A stretch of DNA of 64,000 nucleotides, taken from contig JAAZOM010000006.1 in assembly GCA_012797775.1 (NCBI GenBank), positions 12,815-76,814 on the forward strand, in the 5' to 3' direction. Position 1 is the stretch's first letter, and the number at the start of each line of letters is the position of its first letter. Under the pieces are notes generated by a model that searched no databases, had not been told where the DNA came from, and saw only the letters and a list, made by a program, of their open reading frames with translations. The DNA is from Candidatus Kuenenbacteria bacterium (GTDB lineage: Bacteria; Patescibacteriota; Patescibacteriia; UBA2196; GWA2-42-15). Position numbers and translations under genes: made by a program. This document shows positions 18,658-27,807 of this stretch, one piece after another.

Positions 18658-19495
18658 ACAAACAAAATTGAAAATAATCTGGGTGGTGGTTCGTGGCACG
18701 GCTTTTGCTGCGTTGACATTCCACGTTGCGATTACCATCGCCCAGATTTGTTCTTTTAAAACGGGAGCTAGTTAGCTGGTTGATTACGACTGGCGGAGAC
18801 CCGCAGGGCGCATTATTGCCTTGTTGGCGGTCCCGTGGCTAGTACGGACATCGGCAGCTAGCTCCCTAAAATATAAAATGGGAGAGAGGGCTGGCGATAG
18901 CTGAAATTTGTCATTCGTTGGGCCGAGTCCTTTTGGCGACTTGGGCGAATGATCAGAGGACGGCCGTTGCCCTCCTCCCTTTATTTTACGACTGCGGACC
19001 AGTGTGCCAAAGAAATGGCTCACAGCTCGTGTGTTTCCCGAGCTTCGCGAGTGGCGTGTCTATTTTGCCGCCAGTTCCGCGGCCATCGGTACATTACCCC
19101 CAGCCTTCCAAGCGAGCGCACCACAGCATGGTGTTGGCAACCACTCTCCTCCCAAATACCTATGGCGAGGATGGAAGGACAGTTAGTCCCCATGGACTAG
19201 GTTCCGCAGTCGTTCATTTTTCGGCGGCATCTTGGCTTTCGACAAGACTGGTAACCCCCCTAACTCCAGCAGCTCACTGCCAGGGTGTCCGCCACTATTT
19301 TCGCTGCCTGATCAGCTCTTTGGGAATTGGTTCCCGAATGATCTTAGTCTCGGCTCTCAAAAGCGAGACGCAAAATAGGTCCAACCGTAAAGGTTGTGAG
19401 CTGGTAGCGAAATGCGGGTCACTCTTGCGCGCGTCAAAGCCGCAAATCGTGATCCCGCCGGGCCCTGATGACTTTGTCACCAGGGCCCCTTTTTT
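18658..19495 (+). ncRNA. Candidate large (~835 nt) multi-domain non-coding RNA
   Basis: Seven consecutive closed domains with 9-15 bp closing stems separated by short, mostly A/U-rich linkers, promoter upstream and hairpin+T-tract at 19460-19495. Confidence 0.75.
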
Positions 19496-19531
19496 ATTGC
19501 CAAAAATATTTTTTTGATATATAATATTTTT

Positions 19532-19749
19532 ACCAAATAAAAAAACGGTCCGGCATTTCTCACTAGGTTATCCCCCTAGAGGCTGGTAGAGATTTTCACC
19601 ACTCCTTATTCTCTAGCAGTTTGAGATTTGCCGGGCCGCCAAATATCGGTCAGCAAATTGGCGCCTTTCTCTGGTGTCAGTAATGCTTGGCCAGCGGCAA
19701 ACGGAAAAATGGCCCCCTTCCCGGCCATAAAACCGTTTGCCGTTTTTTT
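19532..19749 (+). ncRNA. Candidate ~215 nt structured RNA
   Basis: Promoter TTGCCA-17-TATAAT (19497-19525); stem GGTCCGGCA/TGCCGGGCC (19547/19637); terminal hairpin CGGCAAACGG/CCGTTTGCCG + T7. Confidence 0.68.
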
Positions 19750-19756
19750 ATTTCCC

Positions 19757-19882
19757 GTCATTGTGAGCGACCTAGCCTCTCAGGAGGGGAGCTTGGCAAT
19801 CTCGGGATTGCCCGCCTAGACTCGGCGAGGCTGGCTTCGTCGTGCTACTCCCTGCCTCGCCGGCAGGCGGGCTCGCAATGAC
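19757..19882. repeat. REP-like palindrome (GTCATTGYGAGC...GCTCGCAATGAC) with nested GC-rich palindromes
   Basis: Terminal IR plus inner CCTGCCTCGCCGGCAGGCGGG, also seen at ~34530. Confidence 0.7.
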
Positions 19883-19942
19883 AGAAATTTTTTGAAAAAA
19901 GTATTCATTTGACAATTTTTTGGGGTCTGTTAATATTAAATT

Positions 19943-20238
19943 ATAAAGCTCCTTAAAAAAGTAAAAAAGCGGTCCGGCGGACCAGTCGCATTGTTCCATT
20001 GCAGTCGAAGATCGGGCATTCATGGCCTATATGTGTTCCACAATGGCGAAAAAAGAAGGGCAGCTTCATCGCCCATGCTTCTCATCCAAACCCTAATTCA
20101 CCATTCACCAAATTCCACTGCGAACCTTTTAACCGTTTCATCTCCATTCATGGTCCCGCCGGACCCGTTTTCTATAAAGGCAATCTTTGTTTATTTTAGT
20201 ACACCAAGTACTGAAAAAATGAAGGTTGCCGTTTTTTT
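19943..20238 (+). ncRNA. Candidate ~295 nt structured RNA
   Basis: Promoter TTGACA-16-TAATAT with TG (19909-19936); stem GGTCCGGCGGACCA/TGGTCCCGCCGGACC (19971/20165); hairpin GGCAATCTT/AAGGTTGCC + T7. Confidence 0.62.
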
Positions 20239-20330
20239 ATTTGCCAAAAAATTTAAAAGTGCTAAGGTAAAAGCACAAACCAAGGCAAAACTAAAATTTT
20301 GAAATACCCCAATTTGGGAGGGAGAGAAAG

Positions 20331-21272
20331 ATGGAACACGTAAAGATATTGGCCGTCAATCGCCGGTGGGATCTGCCAGTATTGATCACCAGACAACTGG
20401 GCTTGCCCCTTGTCTGGGTAGAGAAAAAAATTTTTGCCGACGGTGAGTGCTGGGTCAGACTCCCGGAAAGCGTACGCGGCAAAAGGGTATTTATCATTGC
20501 AGAAAATACACCGGCTGAGAAACTCATGGTTTTGTTGGTGATGATTGATGCTTGTCGCCGGGCTTCAGCCGCTGAAATCAATGTGGTTGTTCCCTATTTT
20601 GGCTGGGCGCGCCAAGATCGCATGAAGGGTCGTGATCCGGTCACTGTAAAATTGGTCTGCAATCTCATTGTCCAGGCCGGTGCTGATCGCCTGCTTTCGA
20701 TGCACCTACACTTCCCCCAGCTTACCAGCTTCGTGGACATTCCTTGGGATCATCTGTATTCGGCCTATGCTATCATCGACTGGGCGAGAAAGCAAGGTAA
20801 AAAATTTACTGTAGCTGGTCCTGATTATGGCGCTTCGCCCTTGGCAGACTTCGTCGCCAGAAAACTGGATATGCCCTTGGCAATTTTGAGAAAAAAACGG
20901 CCGGCGCACAATCAGGCAAAAACTAGTGGTATTATGGGCAGTGTTAAAAACTCGGACGTTTTGATGGTCGATGATATTTCAGACACTGTTCGGACCATGA
21001 TTGGTGGCTGTGAATATTTGGGAGAGCTGGGAGCCAGAAATATTTATCTCACCGCCACCCATGGTTTGTTATCAGCTGGCGGGGCCAAAAGGATAGAAGA
21101 GTGCTCTCGTGTTAAAAAAGTATTGATTACCAATACGACGCCCATGACGGCCAGAAAAAAATCACCAAAAATTGAGCGTATATCAGTACATGACATTTTT
21201 GCCAAGGCCATCAATGCTATCATCAGGGAGGAATCGGTCAAAGATCTTTTTGAAAAAGAACTTTTCGCCTAA
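20331..21272 (+). CDS. prs: Ribose-phosphate pyrophosphokinase, divergent copy
   Basis: FADGE, PYFGWARQDR, PDYGA, VDDISDT, ATHGL. Confidence 0.88.
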   Translation: MEHVKILAVNRRWDLPVLITRQLGLPLVWVEKKIFADGECWVRLPESVRGKRVFIIAENTPAEKLMVLLVMIDACRRASAAEINVVVPYFGWARQDRMKGRDPVTVKLVCNLIVQAGADRLLSMHLHFPQLTSFVDIPWDHLYSAYAIIDWARKQGKKFTVAGPDYGASPLADFVARKLDMPLAILRKKRPAHNQAKTSGIMGSVKNSDVLMVDDISDTVRTMIGGCEYLGELGARNIYLTATHGLLSAGGAKRIEECSRVKKVLITNTTPMTARKKSPKIERISVHDIFAKAINAIIREESVKDLFEKELFA

Positions 21273-21315
21273 ACAAAACCCCTGCCGGATTTCCGACAGG
21301 GGTTTCTTTTTTTAT

Positions 21316-21378
21316 TTCTACTTTTCTACCACCCTACTTTCCTACCGACCTACATCCCTACTGTCCTACCTCCCTATC
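21316..21378. repeat. Degenerate CCTAC ~8-mer array
   Basis: CTACTTTTCTACCACCCTACTTTCCTACCGACCTACATCCCTACTGTCCTAC; same family as arrays at 27713-27807 and 28193-28227. Confidence 0.65.
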
Positions 21379-22865
21379 TTCACCACCTGATTTTTTCTAG
21401 CCGCGACCAGCCCTAGCTTCAGCCGGCCTTCATTTTCCGCATACAGAGTGAAAAGTTTTTGCCCTTTTGCTACCTTGTCATTAATTCTCACATGCATATG
21501 GATGCCCGCCAGTTTTTCTCTTGGCGCACCCAAATTTACGCAGATTTCTTCTATCGCCTTATTATTTACCGCCACTACCTTACCATCGCGCTTGGCATGC
21601 ATCTCATAATTTAGAGCCCCGAGCGCTACTGCATCAGCTTTGATTTTTTGATTGCCTCCCTGTGCTTTGATGATCTCCTGCATTTTTTTCCAAGCCGCCA
21701 GACTTTTTAGTTGTTGCTCGGCAATTTTTCTACCTTGGCCTTTTTTGCAAAATCCTTTCAACTCCAAAAGTTTGCCTGACAGATAAACACCTTTTTTCTC
21801 GAGATCGATCGGCCGGAGTTTGTGCTGTTGCAAGACCCGGAGCACATCTCTCGCTTCGAGTGCCGGACCCACACCCGCCCCCACCGGCTCTTTGGCCTCG
21901 AGCATTTCTACTTCTACTTTTATTTTAAATCTCTTCCCCACCGCCACAAATTTCTTGGCTATTTCTTTGGCGGTTTTCAGGCTGTGCACCTTGGCTGTTG
22001 GCCCATAGGGCAGGTCAATTACGAGGTAATCTACTCCCATCGCCACTTTTTTGGCGAGAATAGAAATAATCATTTTATCATATGGCTCCAAGGACAATGG
22101 CTTGGACACTTTGATAATAATGTCATCAGCTGGTGCCATACTGACCGCTCCGCCCCAGACCATACAGGCTTTGGTTTTCTCAATGACTTTTTTTATTTTT
22201 TCTACGCTCAGATCGACCGGCGCCAAGACTTCCATCGTATCCGCTGTGCCCGATGGCGAGGTGATCGCCCGTGAAGAAGTTTTTGGGATATAGAGCCCAA
22301 GCGAGGCGATAATCGGGATGACTATCATTGTGGTCCGATTGCCCGGTATGCCCCCAATAGAGTGTTTGTCCACCACCCTCTCTTTTAAATTCAATTTTTC
22401 TCCGCATTCAGCCATGGCCTTGGTCACATAGTAAAGCTCATCCAGGCTATATGGTTTTACAAAACTGGAAGCTACATAGTAGGTAGTTTCGATTTGTCCT
22501 AGTTTGCCCGTAGAAATATCCGAGATGATGGAATATATTTCTTCATAATTTAGTCTCTTGCCCAACATTTTTTTATTGATCGCCTTGATTGACTCTGGCC
22601 GGGAGTAGAGCATTATTTCCACGATATCTTCACTGTCAATTTGGTTTTTCTTCCAAATCTCCTCAAATAATCCCACTTCCCCATAATCAACCTTGCTGTC
22701 AGAAACATCCACGGTGGCAATCATGGTTTTGTTTTTGCTCCATTTTAGGTTTACCCGGTCGCCCGGCCGGATACCCTGATTTTCCGCTTCTTTTTCTTGG
22801 AGCACTACCGTTGGCTCACCACCGGATGAAAAGTCTATTTTTTTGCATTTGTAGAATAGGCGCAT
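21366..22865 (-). CDS. AMP phosphorylase (thymidine phosphorylase family with N-terminal extension)
   Basis: DKHSIGGIPGN, PKTSSRAITSPSGTADTME, GVGPALEARD; clustered with R15Pi and RuBisCO. Confidence 0.92.
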   Translation of the reverse strand: MRLFYKCKKIDFSSGGEPTVVLQEKEAENQGIRPGDRVNLKWSKNKTMIATVDVSDSKVDYGEVGLFEEIWKKNQIDSEDIVEIMLYSRPESIKAINKKMLGKRLNYEEIYSIISDISTGKLGQIETTYYVASSFVKPYSLDELYYVTKAMAECGEKLNLKERVVDKHSIGGIPGNRTTMIVIPIIASLGLYIPKTSSRAITSPSGTADTMEVLAPVDLSVEKIKKVIEKTKACMVWGGAVSMAPADDIIIKVSKPLSLEPYDKMIISILAKKVAMGVDYLVIDLPYGPTAKVHSLKTAKEIAKKFVAVGKRFKIKVEVEMLEAKEPVGAGVGPALEARDVLRVLQQHKLRPIDLEKKGVYLSGKLLELKGFCKKGQGRKIAEQQLKSLAAWKKMQEIIKAQGGNQKIKADAVALGALNYEMHAKRDGKVVAVNNKAIEEICVNLGAPREKLAGIHMHVRINDKVAKGQKLFTLYAENEGRLKLGLVAARKNQVVKIGR

Positions 22866-23138
22866 AAAATTAGTATCAAGATATAAAGTATTTATTGTGT
22901 GTAATTTTATTTCTGTCTTTATTTTACCGCACCCCGTCTGAAAAATCAAAAAAGCTAAAAGGTTATATCTATAAGATTTTTTAATTGTAGCATGGCCCCT
23001 TGACGCGCCGGATAAAATATTTTATTCTTATTTCAAAGTTTTTTAAAAAGAAGAGACTAAACATAAAAAGGAGCAGGAAAATTTGTTGTTTTCAATTCAC
23101 GAGAAATTAAACCAGCCAAATGACAAGGAGAAGGTCTC

Positions 23139-23711
23139 ATGCAGACAACTTTAAATCTCCCGCTAATTCCCAGTGAAGTTTTTTTCACCAGGGGTTGGGG
23201 CAATGGCAGAAGCAAAGACATTTCACGGCGGCTGGCTCTTCGCGCTGCAGGCATCGGGGATTATAACATCGTGAATGTAGATGATGCTATTTTGCCCCCT
23301 AAATGTAAAGTTATCAGCCGATTTGCTGGCTTGTCAAAGTTAAGGCGCGGCGAATTTATTTTTTGTGTCTTATCTTGTTCTTCTGACAGCGAGCCCAACC
23401 GCCTAGTCTCGAGCGCTGTTGGTTGGGCCTGGACACCAGACACCGAGCAAGACGGCTTTGTCTCCAGGTGTGCTTTGAATGGCCAAACCGGCATAAAAAC
23501 CGGCGACGAGGCAGAAGACCTTGCCGCCACTATGCTGGCCAGTAATTTGGGGATAGAATTTGACCCCGAAAAAGCCTGGAGAGAAAGGGAGGAAACTTAT
23601 CAAGCGGCTGGTCAGGATATTCGCACCTCGCGCCTTTTCCAATCTCGGAGGTGCGGGCCAGATAAAAATATTTGGACTACCGTAGTGACAGCTGCGGTTT
23701 TCCTCATGTAA
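23139..23711 (+). CDS. Pyruvoyl-dependent arginine decarboxylase homolog, likely inactive
   Basis: FFTRG.G, ALRAAGIGDYN, ILPP, AEDLAATMLAS.LG, WTTVVTAAVF; cleavage-site Ser-Ser replaced. Confidence 0.8.
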   Translation: MQTTLNLPLIPSEVFFTRGWGNGRSKDISRRLALRAAGIGDYNIVNVDDAILPPKCKVISRFAGLSKLRRGEFIFCVLSCSSDSEPNRLVSSAVGWAWTPDTEQDGFVSRCALNGQTGIKTGDEAEDLAATMLASNLGIEFDPEKAWREREETYQAAGQDIRTSRLFQSRRCGPDKNIWTTVVTAAVFLM

Positions 23712-23761
23712 TAAGTAATTATCCCAAACGAAAAACTCCACCCCTAGGGGCGGAGTTTTAT

Positions 23762-24673
23762 TTATATATTTTTTACAAACAGCTCGGCCACCGTCAGCAC
23801 TTCAAATTTTTTATCCTTCTTAAAATCCTTGGTCGAGACAATGGAATTTGTGGTAAATATTTTTTTAATATTTTTCTCGCGCCGCAGATTGGCTACCACT
23901 GGTCCAGTGGCTACCAAGTGTGTCAAAACTACATAAATATCTTTTGCTCCTTTGGCCTTCAGGGTTTTGGCCGCCTGGATCAGCGTCCCTCCGGTCTGGC
24001 TCAAGTCATCCACCATCACCACTGTTTTATTTTTCACCTCTCCTCGAAATTTGGTCACCTTCGCCTCATCCACTCGCGGCCGGATTTTTTCTATGGCGGC
24101 CAGATTTTTTATCCCTAATTCATCCGCAAAATTTTTACTGCGCTCGTCAGCGCCCAGATCCGGCGCTAAAACCACCACATCTTTCAGTTTTAATTTTTTG
24201 ATCTTTTCTATAAAAAGTCCCCGCGCTTTTAATTCGGTTATTTTCACTCGGAAATATTTGGCCACTTGGCGGCTGTGCAGATCTAGGGCCACGATTTCAT
24301 CTACTCCTGCATCTTCAATAATTTTTGCCATGAGCTTTGCACTCATCGCATCCCCAGAATATTTTATCCTGTCCTGCTTGCCATAACCAAAGTAGGGGAT
24401 AAGAGCCACTATTTTTTTCGCCCCGTTTTCCTTTAGCGTGTTGATGAGAATTATCAATTCCAACATATTTTCCGCTGGTGAAAAAGTCGAGCCCAAGACA
24501 TAAACTTTTTTGCCGCGGACATTTTCGTTTATATGTACCAAAATTTCCCCGTCTTTATAGTGGGATATCAGGCACCTGCCTTTTTTGATTTTTTTTGTCC
24601 GCCGGTTGGCGGATTGTAATATCTCTCCAACCAATTCTTCATTGCTATGGGTGGAGAAAAGAAAGTTAGACAT
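23762..24673 (-). CDS. prs: Ribose-phosphate pyrophosphokinase
   Basis: YKDGE, PYFGYGKQDR, DLHS, APDLGA, VDDLSQTGGT. Confidence 0.9.
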   Translation of the reverse strand: MSNFLFSTHSNEELVGEILQSANRRTKKIKKGRCLISHYKDGEILVHINENVRGKKVYVLGSTFSPAENMLELIILINTLKENGAKKIVALIPYFGYGKQDRIKYSGDAMSAKLMAKIIEDAGVDEIVALDLHSRQVAKYFRVKITELKARGLFIEKIKKLKLKDVVVLAPDLGADERSKNFADELGIKNLAAIEKIRPRVDEAKVTKFRGEVKNKTVVMVDDLSQTGGTLIQAAKTLKAKGAKDIYVVLTHLVATGPVVANLRREKNIKKIFTTNSIVSTKDFKKDKKFEVLTVAELFVKNI

Positions 24674-24674
24674 T

Positions 24675-26432
24675 CTATTTGAGTTTAGCACTCCCTGGGA
24701 TCAGCGGATCATAGCCATGCTCTACTTCATCGCCATCTTTATAGCCATCACCATCAGTATCAGCTTTTGATGGATCAGTCTCCCAAATAAATATTTCTTC
24801 TTCATCAGTGATACCATCATTGTCTGTATCTAGATCGGTGCCCATTTCCAAGCCCATTCCATAGTCTTCCCCATTGTTCATCGAGCTTATGCCGTTGGGC
24901 GTGGCCACATTTTCTCCGGCCTTCAGATTGCCGCTGTCACCCAGCAACTGGAAGACCAAAGTATAATCATTTGGTTTTATGCTGGTATACAAATAGCCAC
25001 CATCTATTATTTTGTCTCCGCCCGGTACTTCACTCATATAGACTGTTGAGCCGGCACACTCTTCTATACTAGCCCTAAATCCCTTGGAACACAAAACTTT
25101 CATATTGCCGACACCCGTAGCCGCCGGTATCTCGTTTTTTGGATAGCCATTATTATCGACGAAATAAAGCTCTAGCGCCGTTTGTATCTGCTTTATTTCG
25201 CTCACCGTTTTGGCGTCACTATTTTTTGTCTGCGCTTTGTCCAACGCCCCAAACATACCTCCGCCAAAAGCCTCACTTAATAATTTTTCTAATTCCACTG
25301 GGTCTTTTGGTGACTCTATCTCCATTATCTGGTTAAAATTATCAAATGTTATGGTCATCGCCCCTCCCAAAGTCTGGTTGCCGTCTTTGTCTTTGCCGAT
25401 ATTATCAAAAGGGATTTCTATTTTTCTTATAAAATATTCTTTTTTATCTATCCAGATATCTAGGCTGAAATTTTTAACAAAGCGGTCAAAATTCTGCCAG
25501 TCTTCTTCTTTCATCTCGGCCATGTTTTTTTCTATCTCGGCTTTATTTTTAGAAACAGTTTTTATCTTTTCTATCATATCCAAAATACCCTGTTTATCCA
25601 GACCCAACTGATAGTGGTATGTTTTATTTTCTCCCAATGTTTCCACGCCGTAGTCATTTTTTAATATTATTATCTTGTCCGCATCTTGCTCTAGGATTTC
25701 CCCAATTTTCTTTGTATCCTCATCCTCTTGGCCGGCAAATTTATCCAAGACCGTCGTATTAATACTATATTTCACCCATTTATCTTTTATACTGCTAGTG
25801 TCAATAAACATAGCCAGCATAATTGGCAGTTGGTTTATTTTGAAATAAAGATTTTTCCCCAGAGTTACTACCTCGCCGGCTATATTATTAGTTGTACCGC
25901 CAATATCCAAACCAATATCTATTTTAAATTTTGAACGCAGATTATTTTCGTCGGTATTATCAGTGTATCCTTCTATTTCTGCGTACATCTTTTGTTTTTC
26001 CGTTCCAAGCAGCCCCCCAATTAAATTTAGCGTTGGGGTCGAAGTGGCTTGCTCCGCAGCTTGTTTTTCCTGAAATTCCAATTTCAAATCAAGCTTAAAA
26101 CTGGAAGCCTTTATTTGATTGGTGGCTTGGACGGATTTTTTTAGTACCTTGTCGGGTGTATTGGCGATATATTTGCTATAGCCCCAATATCCACCAAGTG
26201 CTACTCCAGCAAAAATTAAAACTCCAGCTACAATAGCCAGTATTTTTTTTATACCACCACTTGTTTGTGGCATCTCTGGATTCAAAAATTGAGAAGCATC
26301 CACGCTGGGTGGGTTATTCGGTACTGCGACGTTAGGGGTTGTCTCGTAAAGTGGGGTATGACAACTTTGGCAAACGTGGCTTTCCGGGCTATTTTCCAGC
26401 CCGCATTTTTGACAGCGCATATTGTTTTGCAT
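24675..26432 (-). CDS. Membrane-anchored multi-domain surface protein (zinc ribbon, TM, lipoprotein-carrier-like domain, pilin/GspG-like segment, Ca-binding DxDxDG repeats)
   Basis: CQKC..CQSC, TM, SDAKTVSEIKQIQTALELYFVDNNGYP, DTDNDG/DTDGDG. Confidence 0.7.
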   Translation of the reverse strand: MQNNMRCQKCGLENSPESHVCQSCHTPLYETTPNVAVPNNPPSVDASQFLNPEMPQTSGGIKKILAIVAGVLIFAGVALGGYWGYSKYIANTPDKVLKKSVQATNQIKASSFKLDLKLEFQEKQAAEQATSTPTLNLIGGLLGTEKQKMYAEIEGYTDNTDENNLRSKFKIDIGLDIGGTTNNIAGEVVTLGKNLYFKINQLPIMLAMFIDTSSIKDKWVKYSINTTVLDKFAGQEDEDTKKIGEILEQDADKIIILKNDYGVETLGENKTYHYQLGLDKQGILDMIEKIKTVSKNKAEIEKNMAEMKEEDWQNFDRFVKNFSLDIWIDKKEYFIRKIEIPFDNIGKDKDGNQTLGGAMTITFDNFNQIMEIESPKDPVELEKLLSEAFGGGMFGALDKAQTKNSDAKTVSEIKQIQTALELYFVDNNGYPKNEIPAATGVGNMKVLCSKGFRASIEECAGSTVYMSEVPGGDKIIDGGYLYTSIKPNDYTLVFQLLGDSGNLKAGENVATPNGISSMNNGEDYGMGLEMGTDLDTDNDGITDEEEIFIWETDPSKADTDGDGYKDGDEVEHGYDPLIPGSAKLK

Positions 26433-26440
26433 AATTTATT

Positions 26441-27709
26441 TTACTTTTTTAATTTCCAATATTCCAAGGCCCGCTTTAATTCCAGACGAGTTTCAGCATA
26501 AATTTTGGCTGGGATTTTTTTGACCACTGCTTCTACTGATTGTCGACAAGCTCTAGCTCCGGCGATTGAGCCATCCGGGTGGCCATGTAGTCCGCCCCCG
26601 AAATTAATCACCAGATCAGCCCCGAGTATTTTGACCAATTTTTCCACCAGTCCCGGATGCAATCCGCCCGAAGCAATCGGCAAAACCGGCTTGATCTTTT
26701 CCCAATTGGTTATTTCCTTATTCACTCCAAACCAATCTTCCTCCATTTCCAGATTTATTTCCGTCACTTCCTCGGCCGTGCCTTCCATTTTCCCGACCAC
26801 TGTACCCGTGTGCAGCTGATCAATGCCTGTCAATCTGGCCAGTTTGGCCAAAAGCAGCATGGTCATGCCGTGGCGTGAATTTTTGGTAAACATCGAATGC
26901 CCAGCTCGGTGGCCATGCAAAATCAAGCCCAGATTTTGTTCTCTCAAAAATTGGATATTATCCAACCCAGCCACCACGAGATCAATCATTGCTACCTTGC
27001 CACCGTATTTTTTGACTAGTTTAGCCCGTTTGAGCATCACATCAGCTGGTCCAGTCACATTAAAAACATAAACTTTTTTCTCGCCTGTCTCTTGCTCCAC
27101 TTGTTTTTTGAGTTTCATTACTTCTTTCACCCGTTCTTCAAATTTATTAAAAACCATATCTGTCAAATTCTCATCATCCTTGACTAGATCCACACCGTTT
27201 TTCCAGATTTGATAAGCGAGTCTAGCCTGCTCTTTGGCCGAGAGTCCCACCTTGGGTTTGATGATTGAGCCGATAATCGGCCGCTTGTAAATTTTCAGAT
27301 ATCTTCTCACTCCCTCGATACCAAAGGCCGGTCCCCTGAATGAATCCAGATATTTTTTGGGGAACTGAATATCCAAGAGGCGCAGATTGGCTATCACTTT
27401 CATACTAAAAACATTGCCAGCCAAAGCAGAGAGCAATTGCGTGATATTGCCGAGCTCAAACAATGCCAGTGGGTAGGCAATGTGCACTGTTTTTTTCTTG
27501 TTATCCAGTTTGAAAATCTTTGGCCCCAGCTTTTTTAGGGTTGCCTCTTTGAGCGTGCCGAGTTTTGTCCAGGTGCCGATGGATGATTCAGCGGCGATAT
27601 GCGCGGCCGCCTCGGCCAAGGGTAGTTTGCTTTCTAGATAATAGCTTACCACCAATTCTTCTTTGTAATTTGGCCGGTAGCCCAGCCGGAGATAAGGAGA
27701 TTTACTCAT
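26441..27709 (-). CDS. rbcL: Ribulose-1,5-bisphosphate carboxylase, form III-like
   Basis: AAESSIGTW, IIKPKVG, KDDE, HGHRAGH, HTGTVVGKMEG, ASGG, GGG..GHP; ATG 27709. Confidence 0.92.
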   Translation of the reverse strand: MSKSPYLRLGYRPNYKEELVVSYYLESKLPLAEAAAHIAAESSIGTWTKLGTLKEATLKKLGPKIFKLDNKKKTVHIAYPLALFELGNITQLLSALAGNVFSMKVIANLRLLDIQFPKKYLDSFRGPAFGIEGVRRYLKIYKRPIIGSIIKPKVGLSAKEQARLAYQIWKNGVDLVKDDENLTDMVFNKFEERVKEVMKLKKQVEQETGEKKVYVFNVTGPADVMLKRAKLVKKYGGKVAMIDLVVAGLDNIQFLREQNLGLILHGHRAGHSMFTKNSRHGMTMLLLAKLARLTGIDQLHTGTVVGKMEGTAEEVTEINLEMEEDWFGVNKEITNWEKIKPVLPIASGGLHPGLVEKLVKILGADLVINFGGGLHGHPDGSIAGARACRQSVEAVVKKIPAKIYAETRLELKRALEYWKLKK

Positions 27710-27712
27710 AGG

Positions 27713-27807
27713 GTTGTAGGTTAGTAGGTATGTAGGGAGGTAGGTTAGTAGGATGTAGGTCAATAGTTAGCTTTTTCCTACGACGCTACTTTCCTACCAA
27801 CCTACTA
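27713..27807. repeat. Inverted GTAGG / CCTAC repeat arrays
   Basis: GTAGG units 27713-27760 then CCTAC units 27777-27807. Confidence 0.7.

Noticed and set aside
18658-19495. RNase P RNA, tmRNA or self-splicing intron identity for the large RNA
   Set aside because: No GAGGAAAGTCC/CGGCTTA P4 motifs on either strand, no tRNA-like ends, no group II domain V, and it does not interrupt a gene.
18918-19517. 199-aa ORF and other ORFs across 18581-20302
   Set aside because: No RBS context, no recognisable motifs, low-information Ser/Pro/Arg composition; better explained as shadows of structured RNA.
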